A DNA stretch of 64,000 nt, taken from positions 40,796,001-40,860,000 of the forward strand of contig OZ336880.1 of assembly GCA_965287045.1 (NCBI GenBank), read 5' to 3'. Positions 51,433 through 63,600 of this stretch are shown piece after piece; the stretch's first letter is position 1; every line of letters starts with the position of its first letter. This DNA is from Carcharhinus amblyrhynchos. Taxonomy: Eukaryota. The notes under the pieces were generated by a model that was given only the letters and a program-made list of their open reading frames with translations, searched no databases and was not told where the DNA came from. The translations under genes and the position numbers were made by a program.

Positions 51433-51621
51433 ATATGAAGGTTACATGGTATAGTAAGCAGAAGGAGATCAAACAATCGCGATTCTTCAAGATGGTTCAG
51501 TTTGAAGATACCTACCAACTGGAAGTTGCTGAAGCATACCCGGAGGATGAAGGAATGTATAAATGTGTAGCATCCAACTCCGCTGGAGAGGTGTCGTGCA
51601 CTGCTAACTTAAAACTGGAAG
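51433..51621 (+). CDS. ttn: Titin exon 44, end of Ig I15
   Basis: MKVTWYSKQKEIKQSRFFKMVQFEDTYQLEVAEAYPEDEG...; 189 nt. Confidence 0.95.
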
Positions 51622-52346
51622 GTAAATTAATGCATTCTTTATTTTGGCTTTATATGCTACATATTACATTATTTTTACATTTCTCTTTTCCTGGTCTGAA
51701 TTTTGAAGCATATTCCTGCCTGTGGTTATTTCCATTGTTTGGTAATGGTTGACATTGCCTGTGGCATTCATTTTTACACTTTAGCACCATTGGGCCAGCA
51801 AGCGTGTTCACTTTTTACGAAAGCATGTGCATTTTGTGCTTGCATTGCTGAACACCATTCCACCTTGTCTCTGTATCTGCCATTGGTTGAAGCATTTTCA
51901 TCCGTAATAGACTTCATCAAGCAACTCATCTAGTCTACATTTGTTTCCAAACCTGTAATAACTCATGGCCAGTTCTTTCATCCACCTCTAAGGTAAACAA
52001 CTGAGGCTACCAGCTGTGCTCTGTGGAATGCCACTATAACACGATTATACTTACTAAAATAAATTTCTTTTGTAAACAACATAATATGTTACAACTGTAA
52101 ATTTATTCAGCAATAAAGCATTGTACTTCATCATTTTGTTTGGATTTTCTTGTTAGATCTCCTCTTGCAGTGGCTTCAATTTTAAGATATTTTCAGTAAA
52201 CTATAAAATAAGATGAAAGTTTTCATCAAATGCACCCAACTACCTCAACCATACAAAGGCACACTAATTTTTAAATTTCAAGTATGTGCCTTGACTTTTA
52301 ATTTATAATGCCAGTCATACAGTGCAAAACCTGATTTCCTTTCCAG

Positions 52347-52712
52347 GATATAGAAAGGTCGATTACATCAAAGACATCATATGTCTACGTTTGGCTCTTC
52401 TGAAGAAGCAACATGAGTCCAAATGCCTTTCTTTAGTGTGTGCATTTTAAGTAGGCAAGTGCACATTGGGCCGGCAAGCATATTATATGCAATAGTGTCT
52501 GTTGGTCCCAAACCAAAGATCCAAGGATTGCATAATGGACAGTTAATCAAGCCAAGAAAAGTTCTGGTGCTTCATTTTGATAGTCTAAGAACAACAGTAT
52601 ACTTATTACTGATGCAAGAATAAAATTAGGATTTCCTTGGTATAGTTCTTGTTAACTGACTTAGCAATTTCAGCAAAGTACAGCCCACATTGGGCAATAT
52701 AAATATGGAAAG
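52347..52712 (+). pseudogene. ttn: Decayed Novex-1 (exon 45) pseudo-exon
   Basis: VHIG..AIVSVGPKPKIQGLHNGQLIKPRKVLVLHFD resembles the Novex-1 Ig as recalled; frameshift and stops at 52448 and 52621. 3' end is approximate. Confidence 0.75.
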
Positions 52713-53151
52713 CATAAATAAACTATACTGGCAAAAAAAATCTAATAGTGCTCTACTTACAGTAAACAATTTACCCTCTGACTAGATATTTGCTGTAATC
52801 CTTCCAAATAGTATATTTTTTGATTTTGCACTTCATATCACCTCATGTTTCGAAAATCTGATTCCTTTAACACACAATTTAGAAGCCTTTCATCTTCATC
52901 TTCATCTGGAACATTTGCAAGAGAAGAACTAAATCTTCATTTTGTTCAATGAATGCCATTTTCTCCCATGGAATTTTGCAGATTTTATTGAGGAAAAGGA
53001 ATTGGGAGTTTTTCTCAATCAAGTGAATTGCACCTCTTTAGCATGTGGTGAGCATGCTGGGTTGCCCGTTGGACAACATGAGCTGTTGCTTTGATTATTT
53101 TGTCAGTCATGATTTAATATCATGATTAATACTTTGTCTTTTGTTACTCAG

Positions 53152-54036
53152 ATTACAAAGTGCAAAGCATAGATAGTCAGAGCATAACAACTTCTGGAAA
53201 AGCTGTAGAGGAATCCATCGCTTCAAAGACTTTTGAAGTATCAGAAATGCATGTGGAGTCCCCTGTGACCTTAACGCATACAAAGAACTATACCAAGGAA
53301 ATCAGTTTGCAGCAAGAACATACATACAGTGTTCAGACATTTGAAAATATTTCCATGAGTTCATCAAGCAAAACAGTTTCCTCTGGAAGTTGGGAAGAAT
53401 GCGAAAAAGTTGCCAAGACGGAAACAGTTAGAAGTGGCTGTCAAAGTTCGCCAAAAATCTTGCAAGATCTGAATGATGTCACAGTTTTGTTAGGTCAAAC
53501 TGCATCTCTAAAATGTCAAATTCTAGCATTGCCAAGACCTGAAATAAAATGGTATAGAGAAGATCAAGAACTTGTGGAAGTTAAGAGAATTAAAATTGTT
53601 TCTATAACAGAAGATGAAGTTTTGACATCATCCAAATTAATTATAGAACAGATCCAAGAAGAAGACACAGGAATTTATAAATGTAAAGCTACAAATCCTT
53701 TTGGCGAAGTTAAATGCAAAGCCGAAATAATTGTTACTGCAGCCAAACCTGCCCTTGAGGTTCCCCTGATTCTCCTTGAACTTAGTGATCTAAAGGTGAA
53801 GGTTGGCCAGATGGCACAGTTCATCTGTTCTTTTAGCGGGGAATCTTTTACAGAGGTCATATGGAGTCACGGAAGCACAAGACTGGAAGAATCACGAAGA
53901 CTGAAGATTTCTCAGAATGGAAATGTTATGTCTCTCACTATCCTAAATGTGCACTTAGAGGATCAGGGACAGTACAGCTGTACTACAAGAAATGAAAGTG
54001 GTGAAAAGAAGACTACTGCTATACTAATTGTAGAAG
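53152..54036 (+). CDS. ttn: Novex-2 (exon 46) equivalent with two Ig domains
   Basis: 885 nt open, phase 1-1; starts DYKVQSIDSQS; second Ig has GESFTEVIWSH...SQNGN. An alternative acceptor would start the exon at 53161. Confidence 0.85.
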
Positions 54037-54327
54037 GTGGTTGTTTATTATTTTATTTACAAACAGCATCCTGATCCATCCACTTCATGTTTCCGTTCCA
54101 AAATAAGTTTGGTACCTTTTTAAGAAGATCCTAAATTTACTTATTAATAGTAAAATGTTCAGTTTAAAATGTTTAGCTAGTGATTTATACAAACCTTAAC
54201 ACTAGACAGACCAAGTCTGCATGAATTATTGCAAACGTTGCCTCTTGCTGTTATAATTTTTTCAAGTATTTACTTTGCTGAAATTATTAAATCAGTTAAC
54301 ATTTATCCTAATTTTATTCTTGCATAG

Positions 54328-54843
54328 CTGAAGAATCAAAACCCAAAACAGGTGCAAAAATTCCCACTGATAGCAGTTCAGATAGCACAATAACTGAACA
54401 AAGACCACATATCACACCTGATAGCACACCAGAAGTACAAAAGAAACCATCAAGTCCACCACCGTCTTCAACCAAAAGGCCAACTGGAAAAGAGAAGCTA
54501 CGAAGCCGAGACTATTATCCTGATGTGGTGCCCTTTGACGAATTGATAGACACTGGAGCCATAGCACCGATGTTCTTAGAAAAGCTACCTCCAGAAATCA
54601 TTGTACAAGATGGAGAAGATGTTTTGTTGTTCTGCATCGTAAAAGGTGTACCATCACCTTGTGTACTTTGGCTGTGCAACCAACGCATAGTTGAAGAATC
54701 TTCATTGTGTTCCATTAAACATGATGGGTTACTATGCAGTTTAAAAATGCAAAATGTCTGCCAAAGGCACAGTGGCACTTATTCATGCAAAGCGGTTAAC
54801 TCTGCTGGAGAAACAGCGTGCAACACTCTACTTAGAGTGACAG
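54328..54843 (+). CDS. ttn: Additional Novex-like exon: Ser/Pro/Thr-rich linker plus Cys-rich Ig
   Basis: 516 nt open, phase 1-1; TGCATAG acceptor, ACAG|GTTGGC donor; I-set motifs CIVKGVPSP..W and GTYSCKAVNSAGE. Confidence 0.78.
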
Positions 54844-55271
54844 GTTGGCAATTGCATGCTTTGGTCCTTCCCAATGTGACTTTATCATGCATCTCAGCAC
54901 ATCCTATGGAAAGATTCTTTGCAGAAAATCATCTTGTTGACCTGCGGATTATTGCATTCATTTTTCCTGAAATCAGATTAGGCATGATGAGGCATGTTTG
55001 TTGTTTCGATACAGAGCAAAACGGAGAATGATTTTTTTTTACAAAACCCTGGATTGCCTGAATTATCTTTATGATTCAGTCAACCAGTTGCTTGGTAAAT
55101 CCTTCTAGAAATCACAATTAGCGAATATATTTAATTTTTTGCATGTATATTTTGTATGTCTTTGCATATTAAATGTATTTTGAGTTTCATTTTCCTTTTT
55201 GCATATTTTATTTTGTGGGGAAAAACAGTGATACATTCTTATAATTATATTCAATATTCATTTTCATGCAG

Positions 55272-55319
55272 AAAAGATTCAAGACAAGATTGAACAACAG
55301 ATAGAAATGGAAGTGAGAG
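55272..55319 (+). CDS. ttn: Titin exon 47 equivalent (micro-exon)
   Basis: EKIQDKIEQQIEMEVR resembles the human ERIEQEIEMEMK as recalled; 48 nt, phase 1-1. Confidence 0.85.
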
Positions 55320-56576
55320 GTAATACTTTTATTATTATTCAATAAACAATTATTTAACTTTGCATTTAATGCTAGGTTTGAACAACTGCTATCAACTTTG
55401 ATATTTTGCCATCATGATAAGTTGTGCTGTGTTACAAAGTATTAAAAAATTACACGTTGTCTATGCCAATCTGATTTACAAACCCAACTTCTTGTTGTCA
55501 TTCTCATTTTGACCTAAACAAAAAAACCCTTTAACATCAAAAATATTTACTTTGCAGGAAATGTTATTTTTTAACCAGTATTAGTTCCTCATATTTCTGC
55601 TGAATTTCAATTTGAAATTACTCATTGTCATAATTGATACACTGCAAAAGGGATATATAGAGTTACATTCAGTAAGTTGTATTCTAACATGAATTATGTA
55701 ATGAGAAGTGGTTAAATGAACTCTCAACTATCTGTCGTTCAATGATTGAATGCTGGAAATATATATTTTAGTGGTGATTACTTGAATCAGTACTTTTGTT
55801 GCTCTCATTTACTTCTGATTTTCCAATAAATTTTTCGATAAAGAACTCACAGGCAATATTTCATAAAGGAACTTTGACGAGGGTCTTTTCCATTTTTAGC
55901 ATTCATTTTCTTCCATTTTCATGACATCAACCTATCCTCATGTATTTACACTGCCTTGCAGATAGCAGTATGTGTTCACGTACGCTGGCATTTTTTTGCA
56001 TAATATTGTGAATCTAGCAACTATATTAGTTCGAATAAACGCCTTCTCATGCAAATTGGAAGGATTACAGTTATGGATGAATTTATTTCCATCTATTGAT
56101 TCCAATTCTAAAAACAATCTCTATCAAACTGGCTGAAAAATTTACCTGTTGTTGAAAAAGGATCAGAAAGGGCGTTTATTCTGCTGTCTGCAAGTCAGGT
56201 AAGAATTGTAATAACCTAGATATCCCCAAATCACAGGGACAGATTTTACATTCAAAAATAAGAAAATTCTTTCATGAGATCACTTTATGCTTTTTTCAAA
56301 ATATACACTCTAATTTGATTTTTGAGAAGAAATTGCAACAGTCTGAAGAAGGAACAAAGAACGAGCGATTTTCCTGCTCAGAATCTTTAAAAAGAAAATG
56401 GTCTTGTGTTTATTCGAACAAATATGGTGAGTGAATTTTTTACAATATTTGTGAAAAAGCTGATGCATTAAGTTCATCATTTCATCATATTAGAGATTTG
56501 TTCTAAATTTAATTCTTATAATGTTTTGAACTGGCTTTTAAGAAACTTCATACAAATTATTTCTTTTTTTTTGCAG

Positions 56577-59500
56577 AGTTGTTTTTTGGTGCTGGGACAG
56601 AATATTTGGAAAATCGAGAAAACCTGCGTGATGCATTTTCGGATGCCGAAGATTATTTAGATCAGGGAATGGTTTCTGCTGATCGTTGTGCAAGCAGAAC
56701 ATCTTCTATAAGTTCCTGGTCTGAGAATTTCAGGCCATCTTTCACTGAAAAGCTCAAATTCAAATCCGTAATGGAAGGAGAACAAGCTATTTTTAAATGC
56801 AAGTTGGTTGCCAGCCCAGCACCAAAAATTGCATGGTTTCATAACAACAGACCTATATGTAAAGATTCAAGAAGGATTATTAAAATAGAAAGCGTAATGC
56901 ACATTCACAACTCAAGTTTGGAAATCAATAATGTAGAAGAGAAAGATTCAGGGAGTTACAAAATATTTGCAATAAACTCTGAGGGCTCAACAGAGGCAAC
57001 TGCATCTTTACTCATTGCACTTAAAGAAGAGCAAAATGCAAACTATCTGAGCTTTCTGAAAAGATCAGAGATGGTTCACGAAAGTATAGACTCATTAGTT
57101 AAGAAGCGGGATGCAAGACTTAGAGTTGATCTCAGACATGTTGGATCACCCTTTGATAAGAAATATCAGGTTCAAGGAGCTTTGCGTAAACATTCAAATT
57201 CTAAAAGCAAACTGATGCGTACAATGTATTTTGAAAGAACACCAATAAGGCATTATCTGTATAAGGACAGATCTGCAGAAATACAGTCATCTAGATTATC
57301 AGGGAGGGTTCTCGATAAGAATAGTTTGATTGATGAAGATATTAAAATTAAACTGCAGCTTTTACGTGAAGCTAAAAGGAAAAAAAGATTTTCTCTTGCA
57401 TTCTCTGAAGCTTCATTTGATCTGGGCACTGCATCGGTTGAAGACAATCTGAAATATAATTTTGCATATTTAGACAGGGAGCGCAGCAGAAGTATGGGAG
57501 ATATTGATCACATGGATTTTGAACCTAGTAAGTCTTATTTTGTGCAAGGACAGGAGCTGTCTTCTGGTGACTATTTCCAGAGAGAGTCTCCTGAATTTCA
57601 GTGTCGAATGGAGCGGGTATCAGGACTTTCTCCACAGGAAGTAGAACCACAAAGAGACCTGAAAGAAAATTTTACTGAAGAGTCTTCCAAAACAAACGTC
57701 ATAAAGTCATTACCAGAGCAATTTCTGAAAGGTAGTTTAATTCAAGAAACAGAACAAGCACAGCAAAGTCAGTACTGGTTGGAAGAAGAGGAAACCGATG
57801 AATGCTATTTTCAGAAGCAATTTGATGAAAGAGCAGAACCACAGAGTGAACCTTGTGAAGAACCACAGAAATTCTCTGACCAGTGGCTTGGAGGCTTTAT
57901 TAGTATGCAAAGGGACGTAATAGCAAAGGGGCCTGGAGAGTTGTTTGAGCCTCCCATACCAGCAATTAAAGAAATACCAATAATTCAAGAAGCAGCACAG
58001 CCTGAAGCCAGTGTTGAATATCCAGAGATTTTACTGAAGGAAAAAGAATTCTGTCTGTTTGACAGAACACCAATAAAGCAAACTCCAGTGGAATTAAAAG
58101 AATGTCCAAGTAAATCTGAGTTGAAGGAAGACCATGAGATATTTTCTGACCAGTGGTCTGAAAGTTTGGTAAGTGTGCAGAACTCATTAACAAAGGGAAC
58201 TGAAAAGAACCAGTCAATGTTTGACTGTTCCAAAGCAACTGAGGTAAGTGGATCCAGATTTGGTGAACAAGATGACATGGTGAAAGAATCTATGCAAAAA
58301 CAGAAGCCTTCTCCTTTAATAGAAGAAAAAGAAGCCTCCACTCTTTTCAGAACATCATTTGATGATAACACTATGGAAATAAGCAAAATTTCATGCAGAG
58401 TTGAAGACGAAGAAGACCCCAATGCACCTTTTGACAGATGGTCTGGGAATGTCTTAGTAAAACAGGGGTTTGGATTTGACCACGTAATCATTGATCCAAC
58501 AAAATCCACTTCTGAGGAAAGTGAGATCAGTGTCTCTAAAATCAACCAAAAAGCAGCACAATTTGAAAATGAAGATTATACCCAGATGATAACACCCTCT
58601 ACTTTGCCAGAGAAAATAGAAACCTCAGAATTTGTCAGTTCCTTGGTGAAAGAAATACCAAAAGAGGTGAAACATATTCCATTTAAATCTAACAAGGTGA
58701 ACTATGGGACATCTGTGGAACATTGGCCTGAGAGATTCATTAGTGTACCCAGTGACTTACTAACTCAAAAACCTGAAGATGGTCATAAAATATCTGACCA
58801 ACCTGCATCAGCAGTCAGGCAGGCAGAGGTAGTTAGTATGTCCAAAATCAGGCATAAAACCCCACAAGATGAAGCACAGTTTACAGATTCCAACCATGTC
58901 GTGAGACATTCTCCCCTGATAGCAAAAACAAAAGAAACATCAACTTTTACTAGAACAGTGATAAAACAAACTCCAGAGGATATAAAAGAACCTCCATATA
59001 AATCTGATGTTGAAGAAGAACATGAGTCACCTTTTGATAAAAGGCATGGAAGATTTATTTGCGTGGAGAAAGACTTCCCAGCAACAAAATATGAAGATAG
59101 CCACAAAATCGCACTGACTGATAAAGGCAGATCAGCAGTAGATCATGCAGAGGTGATTGATTTATCTAAACTCAGTGAAAAAGAGCAGCATAAAGGCAAG
59201 GTTGAAGAATTCACTACAATACTAAGACCTTGCATACCAGAAAAGAAAGAAACTTCAATATTTGTCAGTTCACCCATAAGTGAAAGAGCAACAGAAATAA
59301 GAGAACCTCCATATAAACCTGAAGTGAAGGATAGTCACCAGATACCTCCAGAGCAATTTGTCGGAGGTTCTGTTGGTCTGATGAGGGATTTTGTAACTGA
59401 AAAGTGTGAAGATACCAATGGAACAACCAATAGGCCCATACCATTACTCGAACAAATAGAGACAACTAGCATATCTAAAATCAGTCAAAAAGAGTCACAC

Positions 59501-60548
59501 CCTGTAGGTATGGCTACAAGCACCACCCAGATAATACACATAGAACCAGACAGCAAAATTGAATCAAGCTTTTTCATTTCTTTGAAGAAAGAAACAGCAA
59601 TGGATTCCCCAAAAGAACCTGCATATGAATTTGGACATATGGAAGATCATGGAACAGCAGATGACCGACAGGCTAGCTTTCTAACTGAGAAACCTGAAGA
59701 GAGTCATGAAATGTATAACCAACCTAAATTTACAGAAACACAGGCTGAGATGGTTAGTGTAGCTAAAATCAAACAAAAAGAGCCACAATACGAAGCAAAG
59801 ATTGTGCATTCCACATGGATGGTGAAGCCGCCTTCTTTATCAGATGAAATGGAAACTTCAACTTATTTAAGTTCATTGAAAAAGCCAACTCCAGTAGACA
59901 AAATAGAATCTCTTGAAAAAGCAGAAATTAAGGAAGACCCTGAGACAGCTGTTGAAAGTTTTGCCATTATGCACAGAGACTTCCTGACAGAGAACCTGGA
60001 AGGTGACCATGGAATACTTGATCAATCAGCAGATAGAGATATAGCAAAGATTAGCACATCTGAAATTAGTCAGAAAGAATCACAACAAGAATGGAAAGTT
60101 AAATGTTCTACCCAAACAGTGAGACCTTCTCCTTCAACAGAGGAAAATAAAACTTCAAATTTCTTCAGTTCATTAGTGGATGAGACACCAATACAAATAC
60201 AAGAACATCAAAATAATTTTTTAGCTACCAAAGAATCTCCAAAACAAGAGCCTCCGACAATTAAACATTGCCCACCTGAATTTCTCCATCATGTTGCATC
60301 TACCAAAATTAAGCAAGGAGACTTGTGTGTGCTTGAGTGCCAATTTCAAGGACACCCACAACCTACTGTAACTTGGTACAAGGATGAACGCCCAATTCAG
60401 CGAAATATGGGCTATACTATTCACTCCATGGAAAACCAATCTACATTGAGTATTGGATGCACATGCAAAGAAAATGAAGGAGTATATACATGTGTAATAT
60501 TCAACCAATATGGAACTGCAAGTACATCTGGCAGCCTTACGATACAAG
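56577..60548 (+). CDS. ttn: Novex-3 (exon 48) first part: Ig, long unique region, Ig
   Basis: ELFF..RDAFSDAED..SSWSENFRPSFTEKLKFKSVMEGE..WFHNNRPI; strong acceptor; CAAG|GTAAGA donor right after the second Ig. Confidence 0.92.
57870..60210 (+). repeat. About 8 degenerate ~90-105-aa coding repeats in Novex-3
   Basis: Recurring D/E-x-W/F, SKIxQK and ETSxFxS/T markers at ~270-315 nt spacing. Confidence 0.7.
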
Positions 60549-60656
60549 GTAAGATTCTTAATGCTTTATTTATGAAATTATTTTCTTAAATATGTTTTTG
60601 CAACATATTTTATGAATGATGACTTCAAATTAATGAAAAATATTTTTATTTTCCAG

Positions 60657-63600
60657 AACCAGAACTGTTTGAAGAACCTTTGAAAAGGTTTGACATACAT
60701 GTTATTGAAGTGCCAGAGAACTATACTGAAGAAAATGATGTTGACCAGTTGCTTGAAAATGAGATGGAGTCTTATTTTCCACCGTTTACTGTAACAAAAT
60801 CCACTTTGCAATTACCAAAGATTGCAGTACCGCGACCTTGTCCTGTAAATTTATCTTTGCTTTCTTCTCCTGTTGAAATTAAAATAACGGCTCCAACTCC
60901 AACACCAGAGCAAGATGACGAACGGAAAGAGTTACTTCAAGAAGATGAATCTGATTCCAAGCATTCGTCTCCAGAACTGTCCTCTCAGACCTCAAAGCAC
61001 AAATTTACATTTTCTTTTGATGTAATTTCTGAACCCCCACAAGTTTTAAAAGAATTAGATAAGATTTGTTGTGCAGAAGGAGAATCGGTGATGTTTGAAT
61101 GCCTAATTTCTGGAGAGCCAACACCTATTGTTACATGGACCCAAAATGATAGAGTTTTAACTTATGATAATAGCAAGCACCGATTTGAAGAGAGTGGAGG
61201 AATGTATAGGTTATACATTGATGATGCTTCAGAATCTGATGTGGGGATCTATAAGTGTGTGGCTAAAAATAAAGCTGGACAAGTACAGAGCACATCTAGT
61301 CTTACAATAGAGCCCACAATGCATAGTTTTGTTTGCCATCTGAAGGATATTGAGCCATATGGTGAGGAGGCAGAGCCATCTGTCAGCCGTTTTCTCCTCA
61401 ATTTAAGTAAAATGGGACAAGAAGGTATTGAGCAGCAAGAACAATTATCAGTACAGGAAGGGCATGTGGACACTTCTCCTTTATATAGCAGAAAAGAACA
61501 AACATTAGGTCTAATTTCTGAATCTGGAGACTCTTTGATTTCCACTGCTGATAAATTTTCGAGTAAAGTTTCGTCTTTAAAGGATGAGGGCATTGAAGCC
61601 AAAATAGATTCAAATACTTCCTTTTCTGATGAAATTTCATCCTTGTGGGAGGAAAGCAATAAAATAGTCTCAGATTCAACAACTTCCTTTCCTGATGAAT
61701 GTTTGAGTAAATGTTCATCTTTAACAGAAATTAGTAAAAATGTAGGTCAAAAAATGCCAGATATAGCAGCAGAACAAACATATTCTATTAGCGAGTATCT
61801 GCGCTCTCTTGATGAAGACCAGAAGGTGCATGAAGCTTGGAAGATGGAAGAGGAAACGGAACCAAAAGGGGACAAATGTGACTCTGTGAGCGAAATGTAT
61901 GAGGATAGTATATTTCCAGAAAGTGTAATTAAGCAAGTTGCAGAAAGTCCCAGAGCAGAAACAGAAGGGAATGGATCAGAGATGAAGTCAAGTGGTAACT
62001 CCATATCCCCTGAACCCATTTGTGAAATAAATGTCAATCTAGCAGAAACAGTTTCTAGGAAAGATGAGGAAGATGAAAATGTTTCCATAGCACGATATCT
62101 CCTTACTGCAAGACAGGAAGAAGCACCAATTCATGAAGAGGCAAATAATGAGGCATTTGGGTACGATGAATCTGGGATAACTTCGATGGAGATTGAGGAA
62201 GTAACATTCGGTGCTGTTTATGACTATTATAATCAAAATGAAGAGTGGGTACGCTCTCTATCCCCTGAATCCGAAATGTCAATTGAAATTAGCAGTACAA
62301 TTAGTGATGATGTAGCAGAGAATGGAAGATTTTATACACCACCCTTGGCTTCTGATAATTTCAAATCTGCTGTGTCTGCAGAGTCATTCCATACCCCACC
62401 GCAATCTCCTGGCTATGTGACTCCTCCAGAGAGATTGCCTCCACTTAATGTTGTGGGTAGGTCTCCTTCTGGCGCTTTGCTAGAGAGGTTTTATACACCA
62501 CCTGAATATTTCAGATCCCCGATAGATGAGGGTATTGAAACAACACCTCTTGAATATATAAGTCTAGCTGCTGAGGAGCAAAGATCAGAGTTATTTTCAA
62601 CTCCTGCACAGGAAGCTGAAGCAAAAGGAAATGAAACACCGCCAGCATTTATCAAACCTCTTGTCAGAAAGAAGATCTATGAAGGAGGCACACTTACATT
62701 TATCACTGAGGTAATTGGTTGCCCAGTTCCAAATGTTAAGTGGTACAGAAGGAAATCATTATTGGAACCAGACCATAGAACTAGACTTGAAAGAGAAGGA
62801 GGTTTGTGTATATTGGTAATTCATAGCATCCAGAGAGAGGATGAGGGAGAGTACATTTGCAATGCTGTCAACATCATAGGAGAAGCCAAAACTGTTACTC
62901 AGGTGGATGTTTTACCGCAAAATGGAAGGTCAATTGCATTGCCACCCCCAGTGACTCATCAACATGTTATAGAATTTGATGTGCAACAAGGCCAAACATC
63001 AAGAACTCCTTCACCTCAGGAAATTCTTCTGGAAGTTGAACTTGATGAACATGAAGTGAAGGAATTTGAAAAACAGATAAAGATTATTACAATTCCGGAA
63101 TTCACCCCTGACAATAAAAACATGATTATCTCCTTGGATGTCCTTCCTATGATGATTGCTGAAGAACAAAACATTGATTTTGTAACAAAAGAAAATGAGG
63201 ATGTGAAAATTAATTTTGAAGTCACTGAAACACCCCCACGATTTATTAGCCATAATTTTGACCTTGAAATTCCAGAAAACGCTGATGCAGTCTTTGAATG
63301 CTCAGTGACAGGTATTCCTACCCCTGAAATAATGTGGTTCAGAGATGATTCACTCATAACTTCAGATGGCAAGAAGTACATCCGAACAGATAATCCTAGT
63401 CACAGTCTCAAAATAACCAATGTTTGTCCTTCTGACAATGGCATATACAGTTGCAAGGCAGTGAATAGTGTTGGAGAAACAACGTGTAGAGGCTACCTTG
63501 CAGTGACAAATTCAAATGTGGCACTTACAAAATCTGGTGCTAGAGCAGTGGTAGTACAATTGGATAGTGCCCAAAAAGGTCCTCAGCAATTAGATGTTGA

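Noticed and set aside
57985-59106. Antisense ORFs within Novex-3
   Set aside because: Expected by-product of a long Glu/Lys-rich sense frame.
56579-60589. Stand-alone 1336-aa gene
   Set aside because: Starts at TTG just after a splice acceptor and ends in an intron; it is a titin exon. Most other + strand Ig ORFs are likewise exons with intronic overhangs.
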